DNA of 61,629 nucleotides, counting the filler, from Sphacelaria rigidula (lineage: Eukaryota): the NCBI GenBank assembly GCA_964200075.2. It is 6 parts of 6 records of this genome, joined end to end, with 100 filler letters (N's around TTAATTAATTAA, not from the genome) between each part and the next. Parts side by side here need not be neighbours in the genome. Positions count along the whole stretch, not along the records: positions 51,443 to 61,629 come from CAXNAA020006970.1; 5 more parts are not named here. One strand, given 5' to 3'. Under the pieces are notes generated by a model. That model searched no databases, was not told the origin of the DNA, and saw nothing but the letters and a program-made list of their open reading frames with translations. The position numbers and the translations under genes were made by a program. Of this stretch, positions 59,808 to 61,629 are shown piece by piece (the stretch's first letter is position 1; every line of letters begins with the position of its first letter).

Positions 59808-61629
59808 CTGGACACACTGAAGTTTCTATTTTTTGTTCTTTTTTTCTTCTCACCCCTTTCACAGAGACCTGACCCGCCAACCCGACCGACGCCGGCGATC
59901 CTATTGAAATTCTCCTGCTAGCCCCTCAAAAACAGGGATTAATATCCCGCTTGATGTTGAATCCGCTCTCGGAATATTATAACCAGGCAGGGTGCTCCGT
60001 TCGATTTCTTCCTTCGTCTCCCCCTCCGCTCCTCGTTGACATCCCCTGCGACGTTAGCCTTCGTATGCTTTTCTTGAGAGCCTTACAGGAGACTCTGCTT
60101 CATCCCCTCTCCCCCTCCTCTGCCTTCGAGTTCCTTACTTGGCTCTTGTCCTTCAAAAACCCCGACCCTTGACGAGCCAAGTGCTTGACGCTGAAAACGA
60201 TATCATCAATCCGTGCGCTCCTCCTCCTATGTTCCCACTTGATAAAAATCCGCGTCTTGGAGTCTCACGATACGATAGCAGTCGTATTGAGCTCTCGCTT
60301 GCGTGGGTCCGGCGAAAGCAACGAAGCCTCCTTACAAGTAAGTATGAATTTATTTCAAAAAACAAAAACTTCCGCGCGAGCGCACGCTCCCTCTTTCTCT
60401 GTCTCTCACACAAGACGACTTCTCCTAGTGTGGCTTCCGACGAACTCCGCTCGATGCTGTAAAAGGTTACAGCAAGTGGGTACCGTCAACGATCGTCCTC
60501 CATAAATGGTTCTACGGTCGGGCACAGAAAAACCTGCCAAGGTGCGTACGCGAGGTATGTACCCGAAGTAGGAGAGGGGTGGGGGGCGGGGGGGGCGCAG
60601 GAAAGGGGGGAAGGAAAGGTACAATCAGTGCGAGAGATGTGAATACGACCCTAACCGCTACATCAACAACACTCGAAACATGGAAGGGGCACACTCTAGA
60701 TTGTCCCCAAGGGCTATCTCACATGTCCTACCCTGATAACCCTGAGCATTTTCTCTTCTTTCCTTCCCCCATTTTTTCTTCTCTCTTTTCTTGTTCGCCT
60801 CTGTTTTTGTTTTCGTTCTTGTCCTCGTCTCTTTTTTTTCTTTCTTTCCTTTAGTCTACTCCGTTTGCTATACCCCTCCTTCTTTTTGTCTGGTCCCTCC
60901 TCTCGAGTTTTTTTCCAGCCAGTGTTTCTGTTTGGTTCCACTTAGGCACGTTCATCTCGAGATCTATCACCGCTGGATTCCGAAGGGATGGGTGCATGCG
61001 CCACAAACAACCAATCAGCAGATCAATCAACACAGGCCTAGCGCTGACCCCCACGACAAGCCCCTCCGGCCACATACGTACCAGCGCATGCACAAGCAGT
61101 CAAAGTCGGGTACTAACTGTCGCGGAGTGCGAACATGATCTGCATTTGGAAGAGAAACACCAAGCGAGTAAAGACACCGAAGTCCCTCTGCACTTCACGG
61201 TGAGTAGCTACGATTGTCACGAGCGGCTCTCCAGTTGTGGGGGGGTGTACTCGCGGTGTTTCCAACACGTAATTGTCGCTTGTCCTGGAATGATGAGAAG
61301 GACATGTTGGCGCTCATCTGGACGTCTTCTGGTTTCACGATGGACTGAGCGGCTGGAATTTTTCAGCACTCTACCGCGAGTGGTGGATACCACAACGCAG
61401 TAAGGGTTGGAAAATCACAATAAAATCATGGAATAGCCTGCGGCACATGGGTCCTTCAGGGGCAGTGCCGTGCAGTCATGTTGGTCATAATCTATGTGGG
61501 AGAGAGAATGGAGGGTGAAAGATAATGAGACACTTTCTACGATAGCCCCCCCAAAAAATCCAGCTCAAAAGTGTCACGAAAAAAATGACCTTACAGCGCC
61601 TGATGTTTGGGCTCAGGCTGCACGAAGCG

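Noticed and set aside
59880..60460. Long coding exon on the minus strand
   Set aside because: Purine-rich and protein-like in places, but all three frames contain stops; at most a decayed sequence.
1..61629. Endogenous phaeovirus/NCLDV or bacterial contaminant segment
   Set aside because: No dense intronless ORF arrays or recognisable viral or bacterial hallmark genes; every contig carries the shared host repeat families.

Overview
Eukaryotic, intron-rich and repeat-rich DNA, most consistent with a brown alga (Phaeophyceae); the taxon is an inference from gene structure, repeat style, TTAGGG-like tracts and gene content. The window is not one locus. It is six contigs of 10189, 10189, 10188, 10188, 10188 and 10187 bp joined by identical 100-bp N44-TTAATTAATTAA-N44 spacers, i.e. 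a size-sorted pseudo-scaffold, so no neighbourhood argument can cross a spacer. Reconstructed from splice sites and phases: a spliced AAA+ ATPase (contig 2, minus); a class 3 lipase with a GC-AG intron and a >300-aa low-complexity insert after its FRGT...TDL motif (contig 3, plus); the first coding exon of ATAD3 (contig 4); a peptidyl-Asp-metallopeptidase-like Met-turn exon (contig 6, minus); and two unknown genes in contig 1. Mobile DNA: a decayed RTE-type LINE plus several 3' fragments, two tRNA-derived SINE families (one shares the LINE's terminal AAGTGCGACA), an internally deleted chromodomain-bearing Ty3/Gypsy, Tc1/mariner-type TIR elements and MITEs, foldbacks and unclassified dispersed repeats. 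I found no convincing new multi-gene system, CRISPR array or viral insert. The best leads are the lipase insert, the LINE/SINE pairing, the hairpin-plus-telomere-like repeat module and the orphan metallopeptidase exon.
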